A stretch of 64,000 nucleotides of DNA from Patescibacteria group bacterium (lineage in GTDB: Bacteria > Patescibacteriota > Microgenomatia > UBA8517). The notes below the pieces were generated by a model. It did not search any database. It was given only the letters and a program-made list of their open reading frames with translations, and had not been told where the DNA came from. The translations under genes and the position numbers were made by a program. Location: NCBI GenBank assembly GCA_035260845.1, contig DATFUL010000003.1, forward strand, positions 75,620 to 139,619, read 5' to 3'. Positions 1-8,856 of the stretch are shown here, in pieces (position 1 is the stretch's first letter; each line of letters begins with the position of its first letter).

Positions 1-631
1 TTTTAGTATTAAAGGTTAGAAAACGCTTATATTCATCGATTAGATTATGAATGTTCAAACTAATAAATTCTTTGTAATTTATATCGTTATTCCAAACATA
101 AATAAATTCAGGACTTCCCAACCATTTTACAATATGAAAATCACTTGTATATAAAATCGGGAAATTTTTTGGAATGACTTTTATAATTCCCTTTTCTTTT
201 ACGAAAAACCATTTATGGTGCGCTTGTCCTGGAACTCTTCTAAATCCTGTTAACCAATCTGTAAAATCAATATCAGAAAAGACCATATCAATTCCCATGG
301 ATGGAGTTACTATAATTCCCCTTTTGGCAACCCTGCTCATTTCATTCATTATCAAAAAGGGATTAGAAAGATCCTCCAAAGTATGTGTGCATAAACAAAC
401 ATCAAATTCTTTATCTTTAAAAGGAAGTTTGTCTCTTGTTATGTCAGCTTGCACAAACCTAGCAGCTTTAAGATTTGAAGATATATAAGGAGCTTCCTCC
501 GGTCTAATAATATCCACAAGAGTGTCTATTTGAATTAGCTCGTGTTGTTGCATACTACCTCCAACGTCAAGGACACGGTCTTTTGATTTTATTTTTAATC
601 TCTTTATTATTTCGCGGTCATTAATTAGCAC
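1..631 (-). CDS. Class I SAM-dependent methyltransferase. The 3' end lies beyond the window start, and the likely start is GTG at 631.
   Basis: Minus-strand translation of 1..631 gives ...DREIIKRLKIKSKDRVLDVGGSMQQHELIQ...FDVCLCTHTLEDLSNPFLIMNEMSRVAKRGIIV.... It has a Gly-rich motif I (VLDVGG) and a motif II-like acidic patch. It is not in the ORF track because the stop lies outside the window. Confidence 0.5.
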   Translation of the reverse strand, partial: MLINDREIIKRLKIKSKDRVLDVGGSMQQHELIQIDTLVDIIRPEEAPYISSNLKAARFVQADITRDKLPFKDKEFDVCLCTHTLEDLSNPFLIMNEMSRVAKRGIIVTPSMGIDMVFSDIDFTDWLTGFRRVPGQAHHKWFFVKEKGIIKVIPKNFPILYTSDFHIVKWLGSPEFIYVWNNDINYKEFISLNIHNLIDEYKRFLTFNTK

Positions 632-671
632 GGCTTGATTATACCAAAATATCAGATATGATACGCTTAAG

Positions 672-1373
672 ATGAAAATCAAAAAACTTTCAATTATTGT
701 CCCTGCATATAATGAAGCAGCTACAATCGCAAAAACCTTACGCCGCGTACTCAAGATAAAAATTAAAGGGATAAAAACCGAAATTGTTATAGTCGATGAC
801 GGTTCAAAAGACAAAACACTTGCGGCTATTAAGAATATTAAAAACAAACGCATTAGTTTAATAAGTAAACGTAAAAACGAAGGTAAAGGAGCTGCTATAA
901 AGAGTGCACTTAAAAAGGTTACGGGTGACGTAATAACTATCCAAGACGCAGATCTTGAATATAACCCTGATGAAATAAAGAAAATGATTGCACCAATAGT
1001 GAATGGTGATGCTGATGTTGTTTATGGCTCAAGATTTATAGGCAGCGAGCCACATAGGGTTTTACTTTTTTGGCATATGATTGGGAACAAGATCTTAACT
1101 CTTTTTTGCAACATGGTTACAAATTTAAATTTAACCGACATGGAAACATGCTACAAGATGTTTACTAAAGATGTAGCCAAAAAGTTAATTATCAAAGAAG
1201 ATCGTTTTGGTTTCGAACCGGAATTTACTATAAAAATTGCAAAACTTAAAGCGCGGGTATACGAAATTGGCATCGGCTATTCTGGACGTAGTTATGCTGA
1301 AGGCAAAAAAATAAATTGGAAAGATGGACTCCAAGCTGTTTGGTGTATTATTAAATACGGAATTTTAAAATAA
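672..1373 (+). CDS. GT2 polyprenol-phosphate sugar synthase-like glycosyltransferase (DPM1/ArnC/GtrB-like)
   Basis: N-terminal LSIIVPAYNEAATI, then VDDGSKD, then DADLEYNP. These are the classic GT-A DXD and DPM1-like signatures, and the protein is about 230 aa. Confidence 0.85.
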   Translation: MKIKKLSIIVPAYNEAATIAKTLRRVLKIKIKGIKTEIVIVDDGSKDKTLAAIKNIKNKRISLISKRKNEGKGAAIKSALKKVTGDVITIQDADLEYNPDEIKKMIAPIVNGDADVVYGSRFIGSEPHRVLLFWHMIGNKILTLFCNMVTNLNLTDMETCYKMFTKDVAKKLIIKEDRFGFEPEFTIKIAKLKARVYEIGIGYSGRSYAEGKKINWKDGLQAVWCIIKYGILK

Positions 1374-1955
1374 ATGAGGAAATCTTCACACGGGCAAGTA
1401 CGTGAACCTGCTTTAGAATATATTTTAAGCTTAATTCGTATTCAAGTTGCAAATAAATATATAAAAGAGGGTACAAAGGTCGCCGACCTTGGCTGTGGTT
1501 ACAATGGTATTTTTTTAAGAAGAATTGCTAAGAGAATTAAGTTGGGTGATGGCTATGATGTTTCGGTAAAAAATAAAAATCTACCCAAAAATATTATATT
1601 AAATAATACCGATCTTAATAAAAATAATTTTGGGAAAAGCAAATATTACGATCACGTTACTGCTCTGGCAGTTTTAGAGCATGTAGAAAATCCGAATCGT
1701 TTTTTAAAACTTGCAAAAAAGATATTAAAACCAGGGGGTACATTAATTATCACTACTCCACATAAGAGATCTAAGAAAATCCTTGAACTTTTTTCAAGAA
1801 TTGGTATTTTGAGCAAAGAAGAAATAGGTGATCATAAGAATTACTTTGACGAACATCGCATGAAAACAGATTTAAAGAATTTGGATTTTAAAATTATCAA
1901 ACTTGGAACTTTTGAATTTGGCTTAAATATATGTTGTGTTGCTAAGAAAGTCTAA
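1374..1955 (+). CDS. Class I SAM-dependent methyltransferase
   Basis: VADLGCGYNG (motif I), LEHVENP, LKPGGTLII (post-II). It starts directly after the GT2 stop. Confidence 0.75.
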   Translation: MRKSSHGQVREPALEYILSLIRIQVANKYIKEGTKVADLGCGYNGIFLRRIAKRIKLGDGYDVSVKNKNLPKNIILNNTDLNKNNFGKSKYYDHVTALAVLEHVENPNRFLKLAKKILKPGGTLIITTPHKRSKKILELFSRIGILSKEEIGDHKNYFDEHRMKTDLKNLDFKIIKLGTFEFGLNICCVAKKV

Positions 1956-1959
1956 TTAT

Positions 1960-3579
1960 TTATTTCTTAACAAGAAGAATTGATTTGAAATCAGATTTCT
2001 CATAATCATCATTCCACACGACTTTATAGGAATTCTTAAACTTAAACTCTTTTGCTATTTCTTGACAGCTTTCGCACTTCCATTTCTTAGGGTCCGATGG
2101 ATTATCAAAAATTTGATGCCAGTCATCTCCCATATCGTAATTTGGGTCATCAATTAAGTAATCAGTTAAATATATTACATCAAATGGAATAGTGCCTGTT
2201 GATGGATTGATTATTTGTTTTGGTTCGATCGGAAACCAAACGGAGCTGCGTTCACCATACCAACTTGCCCAGGTATCAAGGTTTGTTAAAACTTTTTGAT
2301 CACTTGCTGTATTGTCTTTTAATATCCATGCCAATTTTACATATGCGGGTGGCGATTTTAGATTAAATCTATTTGAGTTAAATCGTGAATCTAAGAATAT
2401 TATTCCGACAGTCTGTCCTACAACTAAACATAGTACCAAAATAGTTGCAATCAAAGGAATTGATCTATTTTTAGTTATCAATCCTACTATCCAGACAAGT
2501 GTTTCAATGGCCATCAGATAAATCAAAGGAGCTACTGGATGTATATATCGATAAAATGGAATACTAATAGCTGTAACTCCAACAGTGACTACAATCATAA
2601 ATAGAGCCGATATCTTAAAGGCTGTCTCTGTTTTATTCTTAGACCAACGAAAAACTCCAATTACAAAAAGTAAAAATAAATAAGGATTAAGTATTTGGGG
2701 TAAGAGTTTGTAAAAGTTGTATAGGTTGTAGAATACTTTTTTTGCTATTGCCAAAACTGATGCTGACATACTGCCACCCCTTAAGGCATTTGATACGGAA
2801 ACACTTGGCAAATATTGAGATAGTGAATTTTGACCTCTAGCGAAGATTGAAATAAGAAATATGTTCTGAGGAAGAATTGGTATAAGTAGCTTATCTACAA
2901 TAACTGCCAAGAAAGATAATATACCAAACCATATAAATGCTTTTTTGGTTTTATAATTTATTAGAAGCCAGAATAAAATTGCACCAGCAATATAAATAAA
3001 AGATTGAGGTCTGGTTAAATACATTGCAATTAAAATTAAAACGGCTACAACACTAGCCCATCTTTTTCTAAGACTTATAAAATACAGAGTCGATAATATT
3101 TCAAAAATGAATGGGGATTCAGATGCACCCGAGGCCGCGTAATTAATTAAATCATAATTCGTTCCAATAGCTAAAGTTGATAAAAGTGCTACTAAATTAT
3201 TTTTAAAAATACTTTTTGCAAGCAAAAATGAAAACAACATTGTGAGTACAAAGAAAATTAATGAAGTAATAATAACTGCCAGATCTGTAACACCAACCAA
3301 ACGATAAAACATACTAATTATAAAGGGTGTAAAAACAGGTATTCCTCTTGCGGAATAAAAACCGGTATTTATTGATGAAAATATACTGGGACCAAAAAAA
3401 CTAAAACTAGCAGTAAAACCCCTACCATTGACTAGGTTTCGTGCTATATCTGCAAATTTAGCTGCATCAGAAAAAGTTAAAAAACGAGGAAGGTTGTATT
3501 TTAAATTAAAAACAGTCAGAAAAATACAAAATACAAAAATAAAAATCAGCCAAAACCAAATCGATTTATCCTTTAACAT
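1960..3579 (-). CDS. Polytopic membrane protein, divergent GT-C (ArnT/PMT-like) glycosyltransferase. The ORF track extends it to a TTG at 3630; the ATG at 3579 is preferred.
   Basis: There are at least 10 predicted TM segments. The first-loop sequence SDAAKFADIARNLVNGRGF resembles the ArnT DE/acidic loop. There is a C-terminal soluble region of about 150 aa. Start MLKDKSIWFW sits 1 nt after the upstream stop. Confidence 0.5.
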   Translation of the reverse strand: MLKDKSIWFWLIFIFVFCIFLTVFNLKYNLPRFLTFSDAAKFADIARNLVNGRGFTASFSFFGPSIFSSINTGFYSARGIPVFTPFIISMFYRLVGVTDLAVIITSLIFFVLTMLFSFLLAKSIFKNNLVALLSTLAIGTNYDLINYAASGASESPFIFEILSTLYFISLRKRWASVVAVLILIAMYLTRPQSFIYIAGAILFWLLINYKTKKAFIWFGILSFLAVIVDKLLIPILPQNIFLISIFARGQNSLSQYLPSVSVSNALRGGSMSASVLAIAKKVFYNLYNFYKLLPQILNPYLFLLFVIGVFRWSKNKTETAFKISALFMIVVTVGVTAISIPFYRYIHPVAPLIYLMAIETLVWIVGLITKNRSIPLIATILVLCLVVGQTVGIIFLDSRFNSNRFNLKSPPAYVKLAWILKDNTASDQKVLTNLDTWASWYGERSSVWFPIEPKQIINPSTGTIPFDVIYLTDYLIDDPNYDMGDDWHQIFDNPSDPKKWKCESCQEIAKEFKFKNSYKVVWNDDYEKSDFKSILLVKK

Positions 3580-3580
3580 C

Positions 3581-4708
3581 TTATGACTTTTGAGAGAAAA
3601 ACTCAGCAACCTTTGCCGATACATAATCAACTTCCTTTAAACTCATAAACTGATGACATGGAATAGATAATATTTCATTTACAAATCTTTCTGAAACTGG
3701 AAGCTTGGGAACTTTTATATTTAATGTTCTTAAAACAGGCTGTTGAGGGATCGTTATAGGGAAATGAATTAAGGATGGTATACCATTATCCATAAGAAAC
3801 TTTTTAAGTTCATCTCTTTTTTTTGTTTTGATAACGAACAGATGAAAATTTGAATCACTTATTTTTTTAGGCAAGACTAAAGTTAAACCTTTAATTTTAG
3901 AAAGGTTGTCAACATATCTTTTAGCAAGCTCTCTTCTAAAATCGTTGTCTTTTTGTAAAAATTTCAACTTAACTCTTAATATTCCTGCGTGTAGTTCGTC
4001 CAGACGACTATTTAAACCATAAACAACATGCTTATATTTATATTCCTGGCCATAATCACGCAGTTGTTTAAATTTATTTGCCAAAATTTTATCATTCGTT
4101 ATTAAAGCTCCCCCATCACCAAAAGCTCCTAAATTTTTTGTAGGATAAAAACTAAAACAACCAACATCACCAAAAGTCCCCAACTTTTTATTTTTAAAAT
4201 AAGATCCATGTGCCTGACATGAATCTTCAATCAAATATAATTCATGCCTCTTACATATAGACTTTATTTGATCAAGATCACAGGGCTGACCATATAAATC
4301 AACCGGTAGAACTGCCCTAGTTTTTTTTGTAATTAATTTCTCAATTTTACCTGCATCAATCTGTCCATTTTCGTTAATATCAGCAAAAACGGGCCTTGCT
4401 CCGACCGCAACAATTGCTAACGTGGTCGCTACTGCAGAAAGAGGCGTGGTTATTACTTCATCCCCCTTTCCAATTCCATAAGCCATTAAAGCAATCTGAA
4501 TAGCTTCAAGGCCATTGGCAACACCAACACAATATTTTGTTCCTAAATATTTAGCAAATTCTGTCTCAAACTTTTCAACCTCACTCGATAGTACATAGGA
4601 TCCAGATTTAAGAACCGTTGATACAGCCTTCATATACAATCTGCCACGAACCTTAACTTCTTTGGGAAAATCCAAATAGTTAATTTTTTTAATTTTATTG
4701 TTCACCAT
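3581..4708 (-). CDS. DegT/DnrJ/EryC1/StrS-family PLP-dependent sugar aminotransferase (FdtB-like)
   Basis: DVGCFSFYPTKNLGAFGDGGALITND, plus the active-site-Lys region and GLEAIQIAL. This is the textbook DegT family pattern. Confidence 0.9.
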   Translation of the reverse strand: MVNNKIKKINYLDFPKEVKVRGRLYMKAVSTVLKSGSYVLSSEVEKFETEFAKYLGTKYCVGVANGLEAIQIALMAYGIGKGDEVITTPLSAVATTLAIVAVGARPVFADINENGQIDAGKIEKLITKKTRAVLPVDLYGQPCDLDQIKSICKRHELYLIEDSCQAHGSYFKNKKLGTFGDVGCFSFYPTKNLGAFGDGGALITNDKILANKFKQLRDYGQEYKYKHVVYGLNSRLDELHAGILRVKLKFLQKDNDFRRELAKRYVDNLSKIKGLTLVLPKKISDSNFHLFVIKTKKRDELKKFLMDNGIPSLIHFPITIPQQPVLRTLNIKVPKLPVSERFVNEILSIPCHQFMSLKEVDYVSAKVAEFFSQKS

Positions 4709-5261
4709 ATGATTTTAGAAAGTCATCATAACTTCTTACATAATCTTGAGGGTCATGCCGTTCTGAGGCAAGAACTAAGAGAATAGTATCTTTTTTAAAA
4801 CCCTGCATCTCATGCCAAACTCCTGGCTCTAATAATACACCAATATTTGATTTATTTAATAATACTTTTTCTTTCTTCTTACCATCGTCTAAAACAATAA
4901 TAATACTACCTTGAATACAAAATAAAACCTGGATAGTCTCTTTGTGTGTATGAGCCCCGCGCACAGCACCAACTGAAACTCCAAAAATGTAATAGACTCT
5001 TTTGATGTCAAATGGAACGTCAGGAGATTGGAGTTGACATAAAGAACCATCTGTTGACATTAAGGGGGCCGTAATCAATTTTACAAGCTTACCTTTGTCT
5101 ATTTCAGAAATAATCGGATCGCTCTTTAAATTTAAAATATTTTCAAAAAAGAAGACTGCAAGGAGATAAAAAGGTTTGCCTATTAAAACTAATATCTTAA
5201 CAACATTTCTTAAAAAATCTCTCATCCGCAGAATTATATCGCACCAGGATCGAAAGTCCAC
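4695..5261 (-). CDS. FdtA/WxcM-like NDP-4-keto-6-deoxyhexose 3,4-ketoisomerase (cupin). The N-terminal extent is uncertain.
   Basis: STDGSLCQLQSPDVPFDIKRVYYIFGVSVGAVRGAHTHKETIQVLFCIQGS...VWHEMQGF...LVLASERHDPQDYVRSYDDF matches the FdtA consensus (RG-L...PF-IKRvYyi...RG-HaH, WHe, YdE-DYiRdYd-F). The cupin domain occupies 4695..about 5081. The first 60 aa of the longest ORF (GTG start) are hydrophobic and atypical for FdtA. Confidence 0.75.
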   Translation of the reverse strand: MDFRSWCDIILRMRDFLRNVVKILVLIGKPFYLLAVFFFENILNLKSDPIISEIDKGKLVKLITAPLMSTDGSLCQLQSPDVPFDIKRVYYIFGVSVGAVRGAHTHKETIQVLFCIQGSIIIVLDDGKKKEKVLLNKSNIGVLLEPGVWHEMQGFKKDTILLVLASERHDPQDYVRSYDDFLKSYGEQ

Positions 5262-5273
5262 TATAACAATAAA

Positions 5274-5948
5274 TCATGGTCTTGTATCCAAAAACGGAGG
5301 CTTTGGTGAAGAGCCAAGTAAACTTATTATTGGTTGATGACCATTTACAGGCGGCAGATCCTTAATTTTATAAGAGACTAGTGATTCAATTATTGGTTTA
5401 TGTTGGTCTATAACTTTCAAAAACTTTTCTTCACTATCAACCAAAACAAAATCATCCTGCAAGACACTTCGAGTAACTGGAACGGTAAGGATTTGAGTAT
5501 ATGCAACAGTTTTTCTTTCAGGTTCCGGATATTTAACAAATCCAAGAAGATTTACTTCATTAATAATATTTTCAGCAAGGTCCGGAGTTTTAAATATTTC
5601 TGATATTAACAATTTTGGTATAACTTTTTCACCACGAACAATTGTTAAATCTGCGTTTCCTGGAATATGCAGCCCACCCTCCCAATCCAGTTCTCCTTTT
5701 GACGCAGTTGGGTCATGTCTTACTTTCAAATATGGAAGTGTTGTTTCATAATCAACAGGAATAATTTCTACACACGAATAATTTCCATGTAATTCTAAAT
5801 CCTTCAACCATATAAGTTTAGGCGCCCTATCATCATGTGTTTTCTTATATGCAATAATGGCATCAGCCAAATATGCAAAAGTTTTTGCAAATAGCGGCGA
5901 CTCAACTAATCTATTTTTGAAATTATGTTCAACTGACATTAGAGCCAA
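5274..5948 (-). CDS. Hypothetical protein of 224 aa with no recognisable motif, sitting between the FdtA-like and GT genes
   Basis: Clean ORF with a 12-nt gap to the downstream gene. It is soluble-looking. No family signature was recognised. Confidence 0.5.
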   Translation of the reverse strand: MALMSVEHNFKNRLVESPLFAKTFAYLADAIIAYKKTHDDRAPKLIWLKDLELHGNYSCVEIIPVDYETTLPYLKVRHDPTASKGELDWEGGLHIPGNADLTIVRGEKVIPKLLISEIFKTPDLAENIINEVNLLGFVKYPEPERKTVAYTQILTVPVTRSVLQDDFVLVDSEEKFLKVIDQHKPIIESLVSYKIKDLPPVNGHQPIISLLGSSPKPPFLDTRP

Positions 5949-5990
5949 GATTGTAACAAAATATACTGAAAAAGCAAAAGAAAGGTGGAA

Positions 5991-6986
5991 TTAATTACTA
6001 AGCCAGGCTTTGAAGTTGCTAGCCAATGATGTAAATCTCCAGTAAATTGGCCCAATATACTTTGCTATTGTTTGCTGAAAAACTTTAGCGGTACTGACTA
6101 GTGGTGGGCGGATCTCGAAGGTTTTATCAAAATTTCTTATTTTTCTATATTGTTTGGCAATTTCTGCTTCATACGATTTGTAAATAAATTCAACCACATT
6201 TTTTGGCAAAGTATAACCATATACCCGGTTAAAACTCTTCGGTCCTAAGATTTGGAATTGATGAAAATGATAACAAACTAATTTATCATTATTTATAAAG
6301 ACACTCCCATTCTTCTTACTTACTTTGTATTGAGAAATATTCCAGGGAGCTGCGTCAAGTCCAAGGTTTTTTGATATAACTAAGTTCTTGTATAGTTTTG
6401 GCCATTCATCCAAATAGCCCTGATCACCCATTTTTCCCTCTTCAGGTTTCCAATAGCACCAATCAAGACATTGCTTTCTCCACCTCTTAAGACATTTAAG
6501 TCCCTCAGAGTCGTTTTTGAAAACATTAAAAGCTAAATTAAATCTACCATTACGCTTTGCCAACCCCTCTAATCCTTTTGGAAACCTGTGTTCAATTGAC
6601 AAAAGTGAACCCTTACCAATCTCATCAACCCCAACCATTGCACTAGAGAAAAAGTACAAGTCAGCATCGAGATAAATAACATATTTTACGTCAGGATTTT
6701 TTTTGAATATATAAAGTGGCCAAGAAGGTGAACATGTCCAATAATACTCGACTACGCTTCTTGAACTTTTAACAGCAAGAAGTTCCTTGTCTTCAAAGTC
6801 GGCCATTGGTACAACTGTCATCCCAGGTAATCTCATTTTCTTTAATATTTTTTCAGTATATTTATCCAGAGCCAAAACCCACAATTCCACACCCGGTGTA
6901 GTTCTATGAAGCGAGTCATACAAAGCCAAACCTTTAAGTAAAAAGCCCTTGTCAAAATAAACACAAAAGATTGATTTTTCCTTCAT
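5991..6986 (-). CDS. Putative GT-A fold glycosyltransferase (DxD-containing nucleotide-sugar transferase)
   Basis: N-terminal beta-alpha Rossmann-like start (IFCVYFDKGF...LALD), then a DxD motif YLDADLYFF about 100 aa in. Length 331 aa. The family is not assignable. Confidence 0.45.
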   Translation of the reverse strand: MKEKSIFCVYFDKGFLLKGLALYDSLHRTTPGVELWVLALDKYTEKILKKMRLPGMTVVPMADFEDKELLAVKSSRSVVEYYWTCSPSWPLYIFKKNPDVKYVIYLDADLYFFSSAMVGVDEIGKGSLLSIEHRFPKGLEGLAKRNGRFNLAFNVFKNDSEGLKCLKRWRKQCLDWCYWKPEEGKMGDQGYLDEWPKLYKNLVISKNLGLDAAPWNISQYKVSKKNGSVFINNDKLVCYHFHQFQILGPKSFNRVYGYTLPKNVVEFIYKSYEAEIAKQYRKIRNFDKTFEIRPPLVSTAKVFQQTIAKYIGPIYWRFTSLASNFKAWLSN

Positions 6987-7017
6987 TGACGGCTAAATAA
7001 TACCACAACTTCCTGCC

Positions 7018-7047
7018 TTGTGTCGAACCTAAGATTATCGCTATAAT
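7018..7047 (+). promoter_or_regulatory. Putative sigma70-like promoter (TTGTGT, 18-bp spacer, TATAAT) for the 7059 methyltransferase gene. It implies a very short or leaderless 5' UTR.
   Basis: TTGTGT at 7018-7023 and a perfect TATAAT at 7042-7047 in the 72-bp divergent intergenic region. The ATG is at 7059. Confidence 0.3.
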
Positions 7048-7058
7048 AGCCCTTATAA

Positions 7059-7736
7059 ATGAAAAGGCCGCCACAGCCAATTGCTAAAAAACATTACCTT
7101 TCAAATAAGTATGAAGATTTTAATCTTTGGATTGATTATTGGTATCAAAAAAAGTTTTTAATAGAAACAAAACCAAATAAAATACTCGAAATTGGTAAAG
7201 GCACGGGAACCTTGGAAATGATATTGGAAAGAGATGGCTATAACTTTACCACGCTAGATATAGATAAAGACTTATCTCCAGATGTTGTTGGGGATGTTAC
7301 AAAACTTCCATTTAAAGATAACAGTTATGACACGTCGTGTGCATTTGAAGTCCTAGAACATATTCCATTTGAGGAATTTAGCATCGCGCTTAAAGAATTA
7401 AGGCGTGTGTCTAAAAAATATGTAGTGATTTCGTTACCTTATGCAACAATCTTTTTTAGTTTTGCATTTCAACTTTTTTATATGAAATCATTCAGTAAGA
7501 TTTTTAGGTTTCTAGGACTTAAACCTTTTGAACCGAGTTATATTAATTTTTCAATCCCATTATTTTTTCTTGACAAAAAAGGTATGATCAAGGCTCACGC
7601 CTGGGAGATAGGCAGAAAGAATTTATCAATATTTAAAATCAGAAAAGTGATTAGAGAACAAGGGTTTTTGATAGTAAAGGAGTCGGGGAGAATTTTTTAT
7701 CCATACCACAGATTTTTTGTCCTAAAGAAGTTATAA
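7059..7736 (+). CDS. Class I SAM-dependent methyltransferase
   Basis: ILEIGKGTGT (motif I), DVVGDVTKLPFKDNSYD, LEHIPFEE. Confidence 0.7.
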   Translation: MKRPPQPIAKKHYLSNKYEDFNLWIDYWYQKKFLIETKPNKILEIGKGTGTLEMILERDGYNFTTLDIDKDLSPDVVGDVTKLPFKDNSYDTSCAFEVLEHIPFEEFSIALKELRRVSKKYVVISLPYATIFFSFAFQLFYMKSFSKIFRFLGLKPFEPSYINFSIPLFFLDKKGMIKAHAWEIGRKNLSIFKIRKVIREQGFLIVKESGRIFYPYHRFFVLKKL

Positions 7737-7737
7737 A

Positions 7738-8856
7738 TTATTTTTGGCCAACCATTTGCACAGCCTTATTCATTATTTGTGCAGAATTTAAGGGTGTCCA
7801 CTCCTTTATAATTTGTAACGACATCTCTCCCATTCTTTTTAATACATTTCGATGTTTCAACAATAATTCAATTTTTAATTTGAGGTCAGAGACAGATCCT
7901 GACTTAAAAATGTAACCATTGACCTTATTTCGGATTAGGTCGGTGGAAGAACCAGAAGAATTTGAAACAATAACGGGAAGCCCACTTGCCATTGCTTGAT
8001 TAACTACAAGGCCCCAAACTTCTTCCCTTGACGGCAGGACAAAAATATCCGCCATTGAGAAATATCGATCCATTTTATTATCACCAGGATTTTCTATAAA
8101 TTTTACCTGTTCCGATATATTTAGTTTTTCTGTAAGCTTGGCCAAGGTATTTTTAAACTGACCAGACCCGACAATATATAATTCCAAATTTTTATATCTC
8201 TTAAGAAGAGATTCAAATGCTTTAAACAGAATGTCTATCCCTTTTCTTTCAATTAGTTGTCCATAATATAAAATGATTTTTTTATCCTTTACTTGATGTG
8301 TTTGATGGCTTTTATGATTCATATATTTTTGAATGTCCAATGTGTGCATGTAATTCAATATGTTTTTACTTTTTGCACCATTTTCAATTAAGTATTCTTT
8401 TGCTCGTGAGCCATAAGCAAGAAACATATCCGATCCCCAAATTATAAATTTAACTAAGGGTAAACTTAGAGCTCTCCTCCAGCTTTTCTCATATTTAGTA
8501 CTTCCAGTCCATAAAATAACTTTTATCCCTTTAATTTTGCAGTAAATGAATGCAACCTGATAAGCAAATATGTCCCAACCTGCAATTATCACAACTCGCG
8601 GATTAGCTTTTTTAATTTCTTGTAGGATTGTTGGATTGATAAAATATGTGAATAAGTCTCGCCCGCGAAACTTTATGGAGTAATTGGGTAGTATTTTATA
8701 TTTAAATCCATTTACATTTCCCTTCCATGTTCGATTTTCTTCGCCCATAGCGCAATAAAGAACTGTTAGATCTACAAGCTTAGAAAATTCCTGAAAAAGT
8801 TTAGTTACATGAGGTGAAACAATGTTATGAATAACAACTACTTTTGTTTTTTGCAT
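7738..8856 (-). CDS. GT4 (GT-B fold) glycosyltransferase
   Basis: C-terminal VLPSREEVWGLVVNQAMASGLPVIVSNSSG (EX7E motif). Length 372 aa. Confidence 0.85.
   Translation of the reverse strand: MQKTKVVVIHNIVSPHVTKLFQEFSKLVDLTVLYCAMGEENRTWKGNVNGFKYKILPNYSIKFRGRDLFTYFINPTILQEIKKANPRVVIIAGWDIFAYQVAFIYCKIKGIKVILWTGSTKYEKSWRRALSLPLVKFIIWGSDMFLAYGSRAKEYLIENGAKSKNILNYMHTLDIQKYMNHKSHQTHQVKDKKIILYYGQLIERKGIDILFKAFESLLKRYKNLELYIVGSGQFKNTLAKLTEKLNISEQVKFIENPGDNKMDRYFSMADIFVLPSREEVWGLVVNQAMASGLPVIVSNSSGSSTDLIRNKVNGYIFKSGSVSDLKLKIELLLKHRNVLKRMGEMSLQIIKEWTPLNSAQIMNKAVQMVGQK

Noticed and set aside
174-488. 104-aa plus-strand ORF at the window start
   Set aside because: It lies antisense to a much better minus-strand methyltransferase frame (VLDVGG...) and has low-complexity, protein-unlike content.
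2312-2521. Short antisense ORFs inside large genes (2312-2521, 5400-5603, 9193-9543, 9573-9767, 9924-10115, 14264-14515, 15799-15981, 18489-18892, 19609-19884, 19912-20100, 21375-21608 and others)
   Set aside because: All lie fully within longer ORFs on the other strand that carry clear family motifs. AT-rich DNA generates such shadow ORFs.
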